A DNA stretch of 64,000 nucleotides from Saccostrea cucullata (taxonomy: Eukaryota): contig NW_026925150.1 in assembly GCF_032062105.1 (NCBI RefSeq), positions 128,655 through 192,654 of the forward strand, read 5' to 3'. The translations under genes were made by a program, and so were the position numbers. This document shows, in pieces, positions 62,033 through 64,000 of the stretch; position 1 is the stretch's first letter; each line of letters begins with the position of its first letter. The notes beneath the pieces are model-generated. The model ran no database searches. It was not told the origin of the DNA and saw only the letters and a program-made list of their open reading frames with translations.

Positions 62033-62395
62033 TTTATACACCCGTCTTAAGACGGGATGTATTATGTTGTAGGCTTCATGTCTGTCCGTCTGTCTGTTCA
62101 TTCCTGTCCGACTCATAACTTGAATACTATTAGGGGTAGGATTATCAAACTTTGTCAACTGATACTTCTTGGGTAGACAATGTGTCGCTCACAAAAAGTA
62201 GGTTGCTCTGACCTTTAATAAATATGCTATAGCCAAATATGGAAAAATCCTGTCCAGCTCATAACTAGAAAACTATTAGACCTAGAGCTTTCAATTTTGG
62301 CAAAAGTATACATATAAGGTAGAAGGTGTGCCGCAGCCTATTTCAGTTCACTGTGACCTTTAATTTAAGTGATTTTTTTTTAAATTAAGTCTTTT
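62033..62395 (+). repeat. ~365-bp direct repeat, copy 2
   Basis: See 59328..59690. Confidence 0.7.
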
Positions 62396-62699
62396 AAATT
62401 TCATAATCATAAAAAATGTAAAAATATAGTTGTATCCTTATTTAAAATTGTAGAAATTTAGTAAAAACTAATTTTTTCATCATATACTTTACAGCAATCT
62501 GCAACTGTACAAATGTTAATGTTTTGAGAGGAACTCAGTTTGTCCCATGGGCATAATTATCAAGCACTGTTCAAGGAGAATTTTGATAGCAGAATTGTGC
62601 ATGTCAAATTAGTGAGAACTTAATAAGTTTATTGTCGGGGAGGTGATTGGCAAGAGCATCTCTAGACCTGCATTATCATGCAGTGTTATCTTAATTTAT

Positions 62700-64000
62700 C
62701 TTTTGGCAGTTGGGCGGTGTCGGCGTCGGTGTCCCAGGTTAAGGTTAATTTTTTTTTAGCAGTTTTCTTTTTAAGTACTTCTATGTCCTATATTGATTAG
62801 ACATGCATGGAAGTTGTTTCTAGTGTGTTTCATTGTACCAGTTAACGTTTCAGATGCTGCAGTTTCAGCAAAGGAATGACCAGGTTAATGTTTTTGGAGC
62901 AGGTTAACATTTTTGGTGCAGTTTTTAGCTCACCTCAACGAAGTTGGGGGGAGCTTAAATGTGATACCGTCGGCGTCGGTGTCGTCGTCGGTGTCCCAGG
63001 TTTAGGTTAAGTTTTTTTGAGCAGTTTTCTTTTTAAGTACTTCTATGTCCTATATTGATTTGACATGCATGGAAGATGTTGCTAATGTGTTTCATTGTAC
63101 CAGTCAAAGTTTCAGATGCTGCAATTTCAGCAAAGGAATGACCAAGTTAATGATTTTGGTGCAGGTTAACATTTTTGGTGCAGTTTTTGGTGTAGGTCTC
63201 ATTTCCGAGTAACTATAAGCCCTATGTTGACCAAACTTACATGGATGATACATCTTAGGATGCATACTACCAGACTTGCTTCGGATGCTGAATCTGACCT
63301 ACATTTTCCGGTTGAGTGAACAGGTTAAAGTTTTTGGTGATGGTTTCATTTTGAAGATACTTTGAGCCCTATAATGACCAAACTTGCATGGATGGTACAT
63401 CATATGATGTAATCTACTAGACTTGCTTCAGATGCTGAATCTGACCTACATTTTCCGGTTGAGTGAACAGGTTCAAGTTTTTGGTGCAGGTTTCATTTCC
63501 AAGTTACTATGAGACATATAATGACCAAACTTGCATGGATGGTACATCTTAGGATGCATATTACAAGACCTGCTTCGAATGCTGAATCTGACATACATTT
63601 TCCGGTTGAGTGAACAGGTTAAAATTTTGAGTGCAGGTTTCATTTCTAAGGTACAGTACTATGAATCCTATAACAACTAAATTGCATGGATGGTACATCT
63701 TAGGATGCATACTACCAGACTTGCTTCGGATGCTGAATCTGACCTACATTTTCTGGACGAGTAAACAGGTTAAAGTTCATGGTGCAGGATTCATTTCAAA
63801 GTAACTTTGAGCCCTATAATGACCAAACTTGCATGGATGGTACATCTAAGGGTGCATTCTACTAGGCTGGCTTCGGATGCTGAATCTGACTTACATTTTC
63901 TGGATTAGAGGAAAGGTTAATTTTTTTAATACAGGTTTCATTTGCGAGTAACTTTAAGCCCTATGTTGACCAAACTTGCATGGATGATACATCTTAGATC
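62700..64000 (+). mobile_element. Second-family element: duplicated ~235-bp head segment (62700..62930, 62960..63190) followed by a satellite array of at least 5 units of ~150 bp, running off the window end
   Basis: tttagctcacctcaacgaagttggggggagctt, gtcggcgtcggtgtcg, and repeated gaccaaacttgcatggatggtacatcttaggatgcatactaccagacttgcttcggatgctgaatctgacctacattttccgg units. Confidence 0.75.

Noticed and set aside
1-64000. Prokaryotic defence island, operon or CRISPR interpretation
   Set aside because: No compact co-directional gene arrays and no RBS-spaced ORFs. The tandem repeats have no unique spacers, so they are satellites. The window has signal peptides, AATAAA signals, GT-AG bounded segments, tRNA-derived SINE-like heads and AT-rich MITEs. 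The only long ORFs are a TLR pair and an amidohydrolase separated by kilobases of repeats, which is eukaryotic.

Overview
This window is AT-rich (about one-third GC by eye), repeat-dense animal nuclear DNA, not a prokaryotic locus. The evidence is: long intergenic AT-rich stretches, AATAAA signals after the ORFs, signal-peptide N-termini, GT-AG bounded ORF segments, and many nested MITE/SINE/satellite-bearing elements. There are no CRISPR arrays, operons or rRNA genes. The combination of intronless LRR-TM-TIR receptors, TTTAGCTCACC-headed elements carrying (GTCY)n tracts and ~165-bp satellites, and tRNA-like SINEs looks like a bivalve-mollusc genome (mussel/oyster-like). That taxon call is inference from memory and not verifiable here. 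Confident gene content: (1) an intronless, signal-peptide-bearing Amidohydro_3 (YtcJ-like) metal-dependent hydrolase on the minus strand (1753..3654). (2) Two intact single-exon Toll-like receptor paralogues on the plus strand (5113..7782 and 15308..17956). (3) A decayed, internally deleted TLR paralogue between them (about 13262..14460). Both (1) and (3) carry a conserved ~300-bp 3' flank module (8181..8480 and 14570..14885) like the one after TLR-A, which indicates a tandem segmental duplication with birth-and-death decay. Both intact TIR domains lack the canonical BB-loop proline (RDFLAG, TLR3-like Ala; RDIHFEIG). The rest of the window (roughly 18..64 kb) is a mosaic of transposable-element debris. 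It contains TIR-bounded nonautonomous elements sharing a hairpin + (GTCY)n head with different ~150-170-bp satellite payloads, a foldback-like element whose arms are GGGACTGC minisatellites, several small MITEs (one with an apparent 9-bp TSD), tRNA-like SINE heads, LTR-like direct repeats, and long poly-G/poly-C tracts. A few short GT-AG bounded ORF segments on the plus strand (21.6, 32.4, 34.9, 43.8 kb) may be exons of undetermined genes. The ORF track uses alternative start codons: the TLR ORFs begin at GTG and TTG, and I place the real starts at the downstream ATGs that open signal peptides.
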